Numbered from the stretch's first letter, positions 20,297 through 30,904 are shown. The stretch: 64,000 bases of DNA from an uncultured Alphaproteobacteria bacterium (GCA_963782045.1 CAWAIR010000036.1:32828-96827), one strand, 5' to 3'. The notes: generated by a model from the sequence alone, not told the origin. Numbers and translations are program-made.

Positions 20297-20419
20297 GCGT
20301 TGGTTAACGCAAATTAATGGCCGTTCACGCCAATGTGTGCCCACCCCGGGCCCCGGGTCGTTAGAGTATGGGCTCTGGGCGATTCCTCGGGCGGCCCTTG
20401 AAGCCGCAAGGAGGGTACG

Positions 20420-21286
20420 ATGGGCCAGTCAGCCGCATCCCGCCGCGATTTCGTCAGGGCCGCCATGCGCGCGCCTTACCTCGAGCGCGACGAGGAACAC
20501 GATCTAGCAGTGCGATGGAAGGATGAGCAGGATCAGGCGGCCCTGCACCGCCTGACCGCGGCGCATATGCGCCTGGTCATCGCCATCGCCGCACGCTTCC
20601 GCAATTTTGGCCTGCCGATGGGCGACCTCATCCAGGAAGGCCATGTCGGCCTGCTCGAGGCGGCCGCCCGCTTCGATCCCGGCCGCGACGTGCGCTTCTC
20701 CACCTACGCCACCTGGTGGATCCGCGCTTCGATCCAGGACTACATTCTGCGCAACTGGTCGATCGTGCGTGGCGGCACCTCGTCGTCGCAGAAGGCGCTG
20801 TTCTTCAACCTGCGCCGGCTGCGCGCGCGCATGGCCCAGAACGCCAACCAGCAGCCGCGCCAGGCCATGTACACCGAGATCGCCGGCGCCCTCGGCGTCA
20901 CGGCGAGCGACGTCGAGCTGATGGATTCGCGCCTCTCCGCCCCCGACACCTCGCTCAACGCGCCCATCCACGAGACCGAGAGCGACACCGCCAACCGGCA
21001 GGACTTCCTGGTCGACAATGTCGCGCTCCCCGACGAGACGGTCGGCACCCGCATCGACAGCGAGCGCCAGCTTTCCTGGCTGCAGAAGGCGCTGAACGTG
21101 CTCAACGAGCGCGAACTGAGGATCGTCCGCGAGCGGCGGCTGCGCGAGGAAGGCGCCACGCTGGAATTGCTCGGCGCAAGCCTCGGCATCTCCAAGGAGC
21201 GGGTGCGCCAGATCGAGAACCGCGCGCTCGAGAAGCTGCGCGAGGCGCTGCTCCGCGACCACCCCGACCGGGCGTCGTTCCTGTGA
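20420..21286 (+). CDS. rpoH: RNA polymerase sigma-32 factor RpoH
   Basis: 288-aa ORF with region 2 DLIQEGHVGLLEAAARFDP, YATWWIRASIQDYILRNWS, the RpoH box SQKALFFNLRRLR, and region 4 ISKERVRQIENRALEKL. Confidence 0.95.
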   Translation: MGQSAASRRDFVRAAMRAPYLERDEEHDLAVRWKDEQDQAALHRLTAAHMRLVIAIAARFRNFGLPMGDLIQEGHVGLLEAAARFDPGRDVRFSTYATWWIRASIQDYILRNWSIVRGGTSSSQKALFFNLRRLRARMAQNANQQPRQAMYTEIAGALGVTASDVELMDSRLSAPDTSLNAPIHETESDTANRQDFLVDNVALPDETVGTRIDSERQLSWLQKALNVLNERELRIVRERRLREEGATLELLGASLGISKERVRQIENRALEKLREALLRDHPDRASFL

Positions 21287-21403
21287 CGTTGGGGGCGGCG
21301 TAGCCCGCAAGCAGCGAAGCGGAATGCGGGTGTTTCATCCCGGATTTCGCACGCGCTCCATCCGCGCTACGCAACGGGGCGATCCTTCGAGGCCCGCCTT
21401 AGT

Positions 21404-22867
21404 CTAGCTGTCGTTGACGATCTTGAGCTTGGTGCCGGGCGTCAGCCGGGCGCCGGCCGGGAGGTCGTTGAGCACCCGGAAGAGCGCCAGCGGCCGGTCA
21501 ACGCCACTCATCCCTCGCACCAGCCGGGCCTCGGTGTCGCCGGGGCCGACGGTGACGATGTGGATGTGCAGTGCGTGGAAGCTCGCCAGCTCGCTCGCCG
21601 AGAACGTGCGGAAGCCGTCGACCGTCTCGGTCGCCGCCTTGACGAAGGCCGGCGTCACCGTCTCATTGGCGAAGATGAAGCGGTAGGTGGCATTGCCGCC
21701 CGTGCGGATGACGGCGATACGGAAATGCCAGCCCTTGGCCTCCGCCGTCGCCGAGGCCGCGTCGAGCCCGTTGACCGAGAAGCTCTGCACGCTCGCCTCG
21801 TCGAGCCCGTTGACCCAGCCCGACTTGAGGTAGTCGGCAAGCGCCGTGTCGCGCGCCAGACCGACCGCGTCGAAGCGCAGCGCCGTGCCGTCGATGCCGG
21901 TGGCCAGCACCGCCTCGCTGGTGTTGTCGATGACGAAGCCTTCCGGCACGGTGAAGCCGATGCCGAGCCCGGGATGGACGAAGGTGCGGTCGCGCACGAA
22001 GCCCTGGTTGGGATCGTCGCCGTAGACCATGCCGTCAATGCCGTCGAGGTAGCGGTCGCGGTCGGACGTGCCGACGCCGGGCGCGCCGAACTGGCGTGCC
22101 GCCTTGGTGGCGAAGGCGATGCGCTCGGGCGTCGCCGGATGGGTGGCGAGGAAGTCCGGCCGCTGGTCCTGCACCGTCAGCGAGGCGCGATAGGCGGCGT
22201 ACTGCTGCATGGAGCTGAGGAAACGCGCGGCGGCGAACGGATCGTAGCCGGCGCGGCCGATGATCTTGACCCCGATGGCGTCGGCCTCCAGCTCCTGCTG
22301 CTGGGAGAACGAGGCCAGCGACCGCTGGCTGGCGGCCAGCGCCAGTTGTCCGCCCTCGTTGTTGTCGAGGACGTCCTTGACCACCTGGCGCACGACCAGC
22401 GCGTCGCGCGCCTTCTGCTCGCGCTTGGCGGCGTGGTTGGCCAGCACGTGGCCCATCTCGTGGGCGAGCACGGCGGCGACCTCGGAGGAATCGTTGGCCA
22501 GCGCCAGCAGGCCGCGCGTGACGTAGAGATAGCCGTCGGGCAGCGCGAAGGCGTTCACCGCCGGCGCGTTGAGAATGGTGATCCGGTACGGCTGGTCGGG
22601 CCGGTCGGAGGCGGCGACGATCTTGGCGACGATCGGCGCCAGCGTCTGCTCGACCTTGGCGTCGTGGAAGATGCCGCCATAGGCGGCCACGATGCGCGCG
22701 TGTTCGCGGCTGTCGATGGTGTTGACCGCCAGCTGCTTGCCGTTGGCGAAGATGTTGGCGGTCGGGTTGCCGCCATCGACCAGCGCGTTGCAGCCGGAAA
22801 GCATCACTGCCGCCAGGGCAGCGGCGAGCGCCGCCGGTAACCGCCGCCGAGCCCTGCTGCCTGCCAT
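21404..22867 (-). CDS. M48 family metalloprotease lipoprotein
   Basis: ATG at 22867. Lipobox AVMLSGC and zinc motif HEMGHVLANH. The C-terminal LysM-like segment is my impression only. Confidence 0.85.
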   Translation of the reverse strand: MAGSRARRRLPAALAAALAAVMLSGCNALVDGGNPTANIFANGKQLAVNTIDSREHARIVAAYGGIFHDAKVEQTLAPIVAKIVAASDRPDQPYRITILNAPAVNAFALPDGYLYVTRGLLALANDSSEVAAVLAHEMGHVLANHAAKREQKARDALVVRQVVKDVLDNNEGGQLALAASQRSLASFSQQQELEADAIGVKIIGRAGYDPFAAARFLSSMQQYAAYRASLTVQDQRPDFLATHPATPERIAFATKAARQFGAPGVGTSDRDRYLDGIDGMVYGDDPNQGFVRDRTFVHPGLGIGFTVPEGFVIDNTSEAVLATGIDGTALRFDAVGLARDTALADYLKSGWVNGLDEASVQSFSVNGLDAASATAEAKGWHFRIAVIRTGGNATYRFIFANETVTPAFVKAATETVDGFRTFSASELASFHALHIHIVTVGPGDTEARLVRGMSGVDRPLALFRVLNDLPAGARLTPGTKLKIVNDS

Positions 22868-22901
22868 GACCGCGATTGCCCGCACTTTGGTCGCCCGCAC
22901 G

Positions 22902-23684
22902 TTAGTTGCCGTCCACAAACTCGATTTCGTCCGTCGTGGCCAGCCGGATGGCCGGGCCGCCGCTTTCCTCGATGACGCCACGAACCCTGACGCGCCGGCC
23001 CTTGAGCGCATCCACCGGCTGCGGCAATTCCTCGGCCATCGCTATCGGCACCAGAACCGTGAAATCACGGCGATAATCCCGTCCGAAGTCCAGGAAAACC
23101 ATGCGCTTTCCGTGTCCGACCGACGCGATCCGGCCTTCGACGAGTTCATATAAGCCGCTTCGCGCCAGAAGCGAAGGATCGTCGGCCCGGCGAACGGCAA
23201 AATCGGGCAAGCTCCATAGTCCGCGGTGCGCCGCCCGGGCGGCTGCCTCGGCAGACAACAGGTTGGCGAGACACGGCTTTTCTCCGGGAAACAGGCGCAC
23301 GCGGGCAAGCCCCGCTGAAACAAGCGCCGCGCCGAGCGCGCCCCCTTCGCCGAGCCGCGCATCGGCGTGCAGCCGGCCGTAGCGGTCCGGCTTCGGCGGC
23401 GACGGCGCTCCGAGCGCGACGCCACCCGCCACCAGCCGCCGGGTTTCGCGTGTCGCCTCCGCCGCCAGCGGCGCCGCTGTCATCGCCTCGACGCCGGCGA
23501 CATGGACGATGCGGCCATCGGCGAGCCCGAGCGTATCGCCGTCGATGACCTCAGCCACCGCGACGGCCGTTCCGCCCACGGTCGCACAGACATCCGCCTG
23601 CGCAGCGGCCTCCCCGGCCAGCGCGGCGCCGGCCGCCATCAACAGCACCGTCCCGAGAAGGCCGCTGATCAATGTCCCACGCAT
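22902..23684 (-). CDS. thermonuclease (SNase-like) family protein, secreted
   Basis: 260-aa ORF with a signal peptide, then VIDGDTLGLADGRIVHVAGVEA and RYGRLHADARL, typical of staphylococcal-nuclease homologues. Confidence 0.7.
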   Translation of the reverse strand: MRGTLISGLLGTVLLMAAGAALAGEAAAQADVCATVGGTAVAVAEVIDGDTLGLADGRIVHVAGVEAMTAAPLAAEATRETRRLVAGGVALGAPSPPKPDRYGRLHADARLGEGGALGAALVSAGLARVRLFPGEKPCLANLLSAEAAARAAHRGLWSLPDFAVRRADDPSLLARSGLYELVEGRIASVGHGKRMVFLDFGRDYRRDFTVLVPIAMAEELPQPVDALKGRRVRVRGVIEESGGPAIRLATTDEIEFVDGN

Positions 23685-23758
23685 GGCGCAGAGACTATCA
23701 TGCGCGGGCGCGAGCGACAGGCTTCGCCCCGCCCGGCCTCTGTGCTAAACGGGCCCGG

Positions 23759-23835
23759 GACCCCGTAGCTCAGCAGGATAGAGCATCAGATTCCTAATCT
23801 GAGGGTCGCGCGTTCGAATCGCGCCGGGGTCACCA
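23759..23835 (+). tRNA. tRNA-Arg (anticodon CCT), CCA encoded
   Basis: Folded by hand. Acceptor GACCCCG/CGGGGTC, D stem GCTC/GAGC, anticodon stem TCAGA/TCTGA with loop TTCCTAA, T stem GCGCG/CGCGC with loop TTCGAAT, discriminator A, then CCA. Confidence 0.9.
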
Positions 23836-23975
23836 GTAACTCTGTCGACGCATGGTGGGCCGCGGCAAGCCGCGGCCGATTGCCTGCCGTCCGGCGCCGG
23901 CGTCGCGCGGCCTGGCGCCTGCCTGCCACGTCGGCGAGAACGCCATGCAATCCGGTTCAAGACGGCGATTGCGTT

Positions 23976-23994
23976 TGATATTGATCAAATATCA
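23976..23994 (+). promoter_or_regulatory. inverted repeat, candidate operator upstream of the sugar ABC operon
   Basis: TGATATT-GATCA-AATATCA in an AT-rich stretch about 95 nt upstream of the binding-protein ATG. Confidence 0.3.
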
Positions 23995-24089
23995 TCATAC
24001 TAATCGTGGCAGGGTGTTCGACCCTGAAACGAGTGGGGGAAGTCCTGCATTTCCAGCAGTGAATACCTACAATTGGAGGGAGAAGACTA

Positions 24090-25076
24090 ATGAAGAAATG
24101 GCTGCTTTTGGCTGGCGTTGCCGCCTTCATGGCGAGCACGAGTGCATACGCCGCCGCTGATATGAGCTGCGCGGGCAAGAACTTCGTGTTCTTCCCCGGC
24201 GGGCCCGAAGGCGGCTCCTTCGCCTCGATCGTCTATGCCGGCGCCAAGGCGGCGGCGGATCAGACCGGGTGCAAGGTCGACTATGTGTGGTCGGACTGGA
24301 ACCCGCAGAAGATGGTCCAGCAGTTCAGCGAGGCGATCGCCCGCAAGCCGACGGGCATCTCCATCATGGGACACCCGGGTGAAGAGGCCCTCGGCCCGCT
24401 GATCGACCAGGCCGAGAAGGCCGGCATCATCGTGACCGTTTCCAACGTGCCGCTGCCCAACAAGGAAGCTCAGTACAAGGCCGACGGCTTTGGCTATGTC
24501 GGTGCCGCCGATCTGCTCCAGGCAGGCAAGACACTGGGCGACGGCGCTGTGAAGGCCTGCGGCCTCAAGGCGGGCGACACTGTCTTCGTTTGGGGTCTGC
24601 TCGGCCAGGCCGGCCGCGGCCAGCGCACCCAGGGTGTGCTTGACGCCATGAAGGCGGCCAACGTCACGGTCGTGTATCAGGAGATCTCCGACGCCATCAA
24701 CGGCGATTCGACCCAGGGCATCCCGGTCTTCGCCAGCATCGCGGCGTCGCATCCCGATCTCAAGGCGATCATCACCGACCACGGTGCGCTGACGGCGACG
24801 ATTCCGGCCTACCTCCAGGCCGCCAACAAGAAGCCGGGCGAGATCTGCGGCGCCGGTTTTGACCTCTCCGCCCCGATCGTCAAGGGCGTCCAGGACGGCT
24901 ACATCGCGGTCGTCGAGGATCAGCAGCCCTTCCTGCAGGGCTATCTGCCGATCATCCAGATGTATCTGACCTCGAAGTTCGGCTTCGCTGGCCTGCATGT
25001 CGACACCGCCTCGTCGCTGATCACCAAGGAAAACATCGACGCGATTGCGCCGCTCGCCCAGGAAGGCATCCGCTAG
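24090..25076 (+). CDS. sugar ABC transporter substrate-binding protein
   Basis: 328-aa ORF with a signal peptide (MKKWLLLAGVAAFMASTSAYA). Periplasmic-binding-protein type I pattern, followed by ATPase and permease genes. Confidence 0.85.
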   Translation: MKKWLLLAGVAAFMASTSAYAAADMSCAGKNFVFFPGGPEGGSFASIVYAGAKAAADQTGCKVDYVWSDWNPQKMVQQFSEAIARKPTGISIMGHPGEEALGPLIDQAEKAGIIVTVSNVPLPNKEAQYKADGFGYVGAADLLQAGKTLGDGAVKACGLKAGDTVFVWGLLGQAGRGQRTQGVLDAMKAANVTVVYQEISDAINGDSTQGIPVFASIAASHPDLKAIITDHGALTATIPAYLQAANKKPGEICGAGFDLSAPIVKGVQDGYIAVVEDQQPFLQGYLPIIQMYLTSKFGFAGLHVDTASSLITKENIDAIAPLAQEGIR

Positions 25077-25161
25077 GCCCTTCCGGCGACCGTGAAACCA
25101 GGGACGGAGCGTTACGAGACGCTCCGTCTCAACTTGCCTCCTAACTCGTGTGTGTTGATCA

Positions 25162-25926
25162 ATGGATTCCCACAACCCCCTCTTGGAACTGAAGGGCATT
25201 CAGAAGTCCTTCGGCCATGTTCAGGTCCTCAGGGACATCAACATGGAGATCAATTCCGGCGAGATCGTCGCACTCATCGGCGACAACGGTGCCGGCAAGT
25301 CGACGTTGATCAAGATCATCACCGGTGTCCACACGCCCACCGCCGGCGAGATCTATTTCAAGGGCAAGCGCATCGGCGCCCGTGACGCGCGCGCCTCCCG
25401 AACCCTCGGCATCGAATGCGTCTATCAGGAGCGCGCGCTGGCCGAGCAGCAGGAGCTGTGGCGCAACGTCTTTGCCGGCCACGAGCGCACCACCTTCCTT
25501 GGCTTTCTCGATCTCGCCGGGCAGCGGCGCGAAACCGAGAAGCTGATGCGCACGCGCATGGGCCTGACCTCGTCGGCGATCACCGTCGACAGCGAGGTCG
25601 GCGGCCTCTCCGGCGGCGAACGCCAGGGCGTGGCCATCGCACGGGCTCTCTACTTCGACGCCGATCTCATCATCCTCGACGAGCCGACCATGGGCCTGTC
25701 GATCACCGAGACCGAGCGCGTCCTCAATTTCACCCGCTCGATTCGCGACCAGGGCAAGTCGGCGATCTTCATCGACCACAACATCTTCCACGTCTATGAC
25801 GTCGCCGACCGCTTCATCATCCTCGACCGCGGGCGCATTGCGGAACGTTTCCTCAAGTCCGAGGTCAGCCGCGACAAGCTGGTCGAAACCATGGTGGCCC
25901 TGCACCATGCCGGCAAGGTGAGCTGA
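25162..25926 (+). CDS. sugar ABC transporter ATP-binding protein (single NBD)
   Basis: Walker A GDNGAGKST, signature LSGGERQ, Walker B LIILDEPT. Confidence 0.9.
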   Translation: MDSHNPLLELKGIQKSFGHVQVLRDINMEINSGEIVALIGDNGAGKSTLIKIITGVHTPTAGEIYFKGKRIGARDARASRTLGIECVYQERALAEQQELWRNVFAGHERTTFLGFLDLAGQRRETEKLMRTRMGLTSSAITVDSEVGGLSGGERQGVAIARALYFDADLIILDEPTMGLSITETERVLNFTRSIRDQGKSAIFIDHNIFHVYDVADRFIILDRGRIAERFLKSEVSRDKLVETMVALHHAGKVS

Positions 25927-25931
25927 AACCC

Positions 25932-26933
25932 GTGACCACGACGACCCAAAGCCAACCCCACTCCCCGAGCCTCTTCAGCCGGGAGTTCCTGTTCACCTAC
26001 CGGTTCCAGATCAGCATCATCGGCCTTCTGGTGGTGCTCTACGCCGTCTTCATCATCGCGGCGCCGGGCACTTATCTCAGCTTCAACATCTACCGCTCGT
26101 TCATGATCTCGATCCCGTTCTTCGGGCTTATGGCGATGTCGGCGACCTTCGTCGTCACCCTTGGCGAGATCGACCTGAGCTTCCCCTCGATTGCTGGCTT
26201 TTCCGGCTGGGTGTTCGCCGCGTCCTATGTCGCCACCGGCAGCTTCATAATCGCGCTCGTGGCGTGTCTGGCGACCGGCGCCCTGCTCGGCCTGATCAAC
26301 GGCCTGCTGGTCACCAAGGTCGGCATTCCGTCGATCGTGGCAACCATCGGGACCATGTTTCTGTGGAGTGGTCTGGTCAACGTCGTCACCCAGGGCCACG
26401 GCATCCCGATCTCGCAGATCACCGCCAACCCGCTGCACGCACTGTTTGTCGGCGAGCTGTTCGGCGTCATCCCGGCGCAGTTCATCTGGTTCGTCGGCGG
26501 TTCCGTCCTGCTCGGGCTGATCTACAAGCGCCACAGCTTCGGCAGCCACGTCCTGTTCATCGGCGATAATGCCGCAAGCGCCCGCATGATGGGCATTCAC
26601 GTCGACACGGTGAAGACCCTGTGCTTTGTCATCATGGGCCTTTCGGCGGCTTTGTCGGTCGTGTTCATCCTCAATCAGTTGACCTTCTTCTGGGCAACGA
26701 CCGGCAGCGGCTATCTGCTCACCACGCTGGCTGCCGTCTTCATTGGCGGCACCTCGGTGTTCGGCGGCAGGGGCACCATGATCGGCACCTTCGTCGGCGT
26801 GCTGATCATCGCCTCGCTGGAACCCGGCATCATCGCCGTTGGTCTTACCGGCTTCTGGACGCAGTTCATCTACGGCCTGCTGATCACCATTTCGGTGACG
26901 GTCTACGCCCTGATGCTGCGCCAGCGGAGTTAA
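25932..26933 (+). CDS. sugar ABC transporter permease (ribose/fructose type)
   Basis: GTG at 25932. 333-aa polytopic membrane protein with GEIDLSFPS and FIGGTSVFGGRGT motifs. Confidence 0.85.
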   Translation: MTTTTQSQPHSPSLFSREFLFTYRFQISIIGLLVVLYAVFIIAAPGTYLSFNIYRSFMISIPFFGLMAMSATFVVTLGEIDLSFPSIAGFSGWVFAASYVATGSFIIALVACLATGALLGLINGLLVTKVGIPSIVATIGTMFLWSGLVNVVTQGHGIPISQITANPLHALFVGELFGVIPAQFIWFVGGSVLLGLIYKRHSFGSHVLFIGDNAASARMMGIHVDTVKTLCFVIMGLSAALSVVFILNQLTFFWATTGSGYLLTTLAAVFIGGTSVFGGRGTMIGTFVGVLIIASLEPGIIAVGLTGFWTQFIYGLLITISVTVYALMLRQRS

Positions 26934-26945
26934 TGGGCGCTACCG

Positions 26946-27005
26946 CCGGAAGGTCCCTGCCCACTCGCGGGTCGGGGCCTTCCGGCGAAGCTGTCTTCAG
27001 CTTCG
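26946..27005. terminator. two adjacent hairpins between convergent permease and galT genes
   Basis: CCGGAAGG...CCTTCCGG (26946-26985) and CGAAGCTG-tctt-CAGCTTCG (26986-27005). The second hairpin spans the galT stop. Confidence 0.5.
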
Positions 27006-28037
27006 GTCGCGGTAATGCGTTGCGGGGAGCGCTCGCAGGCGCTCGGCCGCCGCTTCGGGCGTGATGTCGCGCTGCGGCGTGCCCAGGAGCTCGAAGCCCA
27101 CCATGAATTTCCTGACCGTCGCCGAGCGCAGCAGCGGCGGCAGGAAATGCGCATGGAGCTGCCACTCCGGGTGCGGCGCGCCGTCGGTCGGCTGCTGGTG
27201 GAATCCCATCGAATAGGGAAACGACGTCTCGAACAGGTTGTCGTAGCGGATGGTCAGTTCCTTGAGGGCCGCCGCGAGCCCCCCCACCTCCGCCGGCTCC
27301 AGCCCGTCCAGCGATGCGACGTGTCGCCGGGGCAGCACCATCGTCTCGAACGGCCACACCGCCCAGAACGGCACCAGCACGGTGAAATGCTCGTTCTCGA
27401 AGACGATGCGCGTTGCCGCTTCCCGCTCCAGCCTCAGATAGTCGAGGAGCAGCGGCGAACCGTGCACCCGCCAGTAGTCGCTCTGCGCGGCGAGTTCCTT
27501 GGCCATCTCGTTGGGAAGACTGCGCGTCGCCCACACCTGGCAGTGCGGGTGCGGATTGCTCGCCCCCATCATGGCACCGCGGTTCTCGAAAATCTGCACC
27601 GCGTCGATACCGTCCATGGCGCCGAGCGCGCGGTACTGGTCGCGCCAGATGGCGATGACGCGCTCGATGTCGGCGATCTCCATGCGCGCCAGGGTCAGGT
27701 CGTGGCGCGGCGAGAAGCAGATCACCCGGCAGACGCCCGGCTCCTCCTCGGCGACCAGCAGGCCGTGTTCGTCGAGCTTGCCGCCGCTCCCGGAGAGCAA
27801 CGCCGGAAAATCGTTGTCGAAGACGAAGGTGTGCGCATAGTCCGGATTGACCACCTCGTGGGCACGGTGATTGCCCGGGCAGAGGTAGCATTCGGGGTCG
27901 TAGGTGAGCGCCGCCGGCTCCGCCCGCTTTTCGGTCTGTCCCTGCCACGGCCGCTGCGTGCGGTGCGGCGACACCAGCACCCATTCGCCGGTGAGCGGAT
28001 TGAAGCGGCGGTGCGACGAGGTCTCCAGGAAGGTCAT
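26997..28037 (-). CDS. galT: galactose-1-phosphate uridylyltransferase
   Basis: ATG at 28037. [30 protein letters not shown] and [13 protein letters not shown] (HPH active site). Confidence 0.9.
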
Positions 28038-28044
28038 GGGGGTC

Positions 28045-29201
28045 TCAGGCCACCGGGCCGACGCCGGCGCCAGCCGTCGAGGTGAAGATCTGCGGCTTGA
28101 TGCCCGTCGCCGCCTCGTAGCCCTCGGCAACGCCTTCGCGGAAGGCCGCCACCACATCCGCCTCGACCAGGCTGATGGTGCAGCCGCCGAAGCCGCCGCC
28201 GGTCATGCGGGCGCCGTAGACGCCGCCGGCCGCCTGGTTGAGGCCGACCATGACGTCGACCTCGCGGCAGGAAATCTCGAAGTCGTCGCGCATCGACATG
28301 TGGATTCGTTCATCAGCCGCCCGAACAGCGCGACGTCGCCGCCAGCAAGCGCGTCCGCCGCGCTGACCGTGCGCTCGTTCTCGCTCACCACATGGCGGCA
28401 GCGGCGGTAGATCACCGGCGTCAGCAGGTCCTTGTGGACCTCCAGTTGCTCGAGCGTCACGTCGCGCAGCGCCTTGATGCCGGGGAGCGCCGCCGACAGG
28501 CGCCTCACCCCTTCCTCGCAGTCGCGCCGGCGCAGGTTATATTCGCCGGCGGCGTGCTCGTGGTGCACCATGGTGTTGGAGATCACCAGCCGCACGCCCT
28601 CATCGATCGGCACCAGCCGGCGGTCGAGGCTGCGGCAGTCGATCAGCAGCGCATGGCCGACGGCGCCGTGGCAGGCGATAAACTGGTCCATGATGCCGCA
28701 GCGCATGCCGACGAAATCGTTCTCCGCCTTCTGGCAAGCGAGCGCCAGCCGCGTGCGGTCGACCGGAAGCCCGCTGTTCGCGAGCAGCGCATAGCCGGTC
28801 GCCACCTCGAGCGCGGCGGAAGAGGACAGGCCGGCGCCGAGCGGCACGCTGCTGTCGATCATCATGTCGGCGCCGGTCAGGCGATGGCCGCCGACCGCCT
28901 CCAGCACCCAGGCGACACCGCGCACATAATCGCTCCAGTGCTTGCGCGCCTGCGGGCTTTTTTCGTCGAGATCGAAGCTGACCGTCTCGTCCATCATCAG
29001 CGAGTGGACATTGAGCATGCGGTCGCGGCGCGGCGCGATCGCCGCGACGGTCGCCACGTCGAGCGCCGCCGGCAGCACGAAGCCGTCGTTGTAGTCGGTG
29101 TGCTCGCCGATCAGGTTGACCCGTCCGGGCGCCCGGTAGACCAGCGGCTCTCCCCCGAACGTATCGCGGAACGCCTCGCCGATCCGCCCCTCACCGGCCA
29201 T
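28045..29201 (-). pseudogene. galK: galactokinase, frame broken by one missing base
   Basis: The N-terminal 300 aa are in one frame (GRVNLIGEHTDYNDGFVLP, PLGAGLSSSAALEV). After ...GRLMNES the conserved continuation H-MSMRDDFEISCREVD...[11 protein letters not shown] is in another frame (ORF 28045..28299). The break is at about 28302-28303 (GG on the plus strand). Confidence 0.9.
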
Positions 29202-29301
29202 GTATTCTCTCCCAATTCTTCCGTCGCGCCTTATTCGCGGGCGCCCTTGGTCAGGGTCGGTAGCATATCCGCGAATCTGCCGTCACCTGAAACCGCGCCG
29301 G

Positions 29302-30904
29302 CTAGCTGATCGCCTGCGCCGCCGCCCTCTCGATCGCAAGACCCGCGGCATACCGCTCGAGCCACTTCGCGTAGCCCTCGACATCCGCGGGGTCGGGCTC
29401 CGCCACGTCGAGCGCGGCGCCAGCGAACACGCGGGCCGCGAGGTAGTCGCCCAGACTCTCGCCGGCGCCCGTGCGCAGGTATTCGGCGAGCACGGCGATG
29501 CCCCACGCGCCGCCCTCGCTGGCGGTGTCGCCCACGGTCACCGGCGCGCCGATCGCCGCTGCCAGCAGACGCTGCGCCACGCCCGCCGTCCTGAACATGC
29601 CGCCATGCGCGAACATCGAATCCAGCTTCACGCCTTCGCCGTGCAGCACGTTCATGCCGAGGCTGAGCGTGCCGAAGGCGGCGTAGAGCTGGGTGCGCAT
29701 GAAGTTGGCAAGGGTGAGGCGGCTGCCGGGCGTGCGCACGACCAGCGGGCGCCCCTCGGTCAGGCCGGTGATCGGCTCCCCGGCGAGGTAGTTGTAGGCG
29801 AGCAGCCCGCCGCCGTCCGCCTCGCCTTCGAGCGCCGCGCCGAACAACGCGCCGAAAACGGCGTTCGGCATCCGCCTCGGCCCCGATGGCGGCGGCGAAC
29901 TCGGCGAAGACGCTCGCCCAGGTCCCGAGCTCGCTGGCGCCGTTGTTGCAGTGGACCATCGCGACCAGGTCGCCCGCCGGCGTGGTCACGATGTCGAGCT
30001 CCTCGTGCACCGCGGTCAGCGGCCTTTCCAGCACCACCATCGCGAAGATCGACGTGCCCGCGCTGATGTTGCCGGTGCGCGGCGCGACGGCGTTCGTGGC
30101 GACCATGCCGGTGCCGGCGTCGCCCTCGGGCGGGCAGACCGGCATGCCCGGTTGCAGCGTGCCGGTCGGGTCGAGCAGGGCGGCGCCCTCGGCGGTGAGC
30201 GTGCCGGCGTCCTCACCGGCGACGAGCACCTTGGGGAAGAGCGCGGCGGCGTCGAGGCCCGGCCGGCGGGCGGCGACCATCTCGCCGAACCGCGCCAGCA
30301 TCGGCGCGTCGTAGTCGTGGGTGGCCGGGTCGATCGGGAACATGCCCGACGCATCGCCCACGCCGAGCACCTTGCGGCCGGTGAGGCGCCAGTGCACGAA
30401 GCCGGCGAGCGTCGTGATGAAATCGAGCCTCGGCGACGTGCGGCTCCTCGTCGAGGATCGCCTGGTACAGGTGCGAGGCCGACCATCTCAGCGGAAAGTT
30501 GAAGGCGAGCGCCTTGGTCAGCTCGGCCGCCGCGCGCCCCGTATTGGTGTTGCGCCAGGTGCGGAACGGGACGAGCAGCCGCCCTCGGCATCGAACGCCA
30601 GGTAGCCGTGCATCATCGCCGAGAATCCGAGCGCGCCGATGCGCGTCAGCGGCACGCCGTGGCGGCGCTCGACATCGGCCATCAGGTCGGCGACGGCGGC
30701 CTGGAGGCCGGCCCAGATCGCGTCCTCGGAATAAGTCCACAGGCGGTCGACGAACTGGTTCTCCCAGCCATGGTTGCCGGTGGCGAGAACCTGGTGGTCC
30801 GGCCCGATGAGACACGCCTTGATGTTGGTGGACCCGAACTCAACGCCCAGGGATGTCTGGCCCCCGGCGATCGCCGCGGCCGCGTCGGTGTCCTGCTGCG
30901 TCAT
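29302..30904 (-). pseudogene. FGGY-family carbohydrate kinase (ribulokinase-like by context), three frame breaks
   Basis: Four collinear pieces lie in different frames:
- MTQQ...[13 protein letters not shown]
- [16 protein letters not shown]...EEPHVAE
- [33 protein letters not shown]...FAEFAAAIG
- [35 protein letters not shown]...

The breaks are near 30581, 30428-30429 and 29866-29884. Confidence 0.85.
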
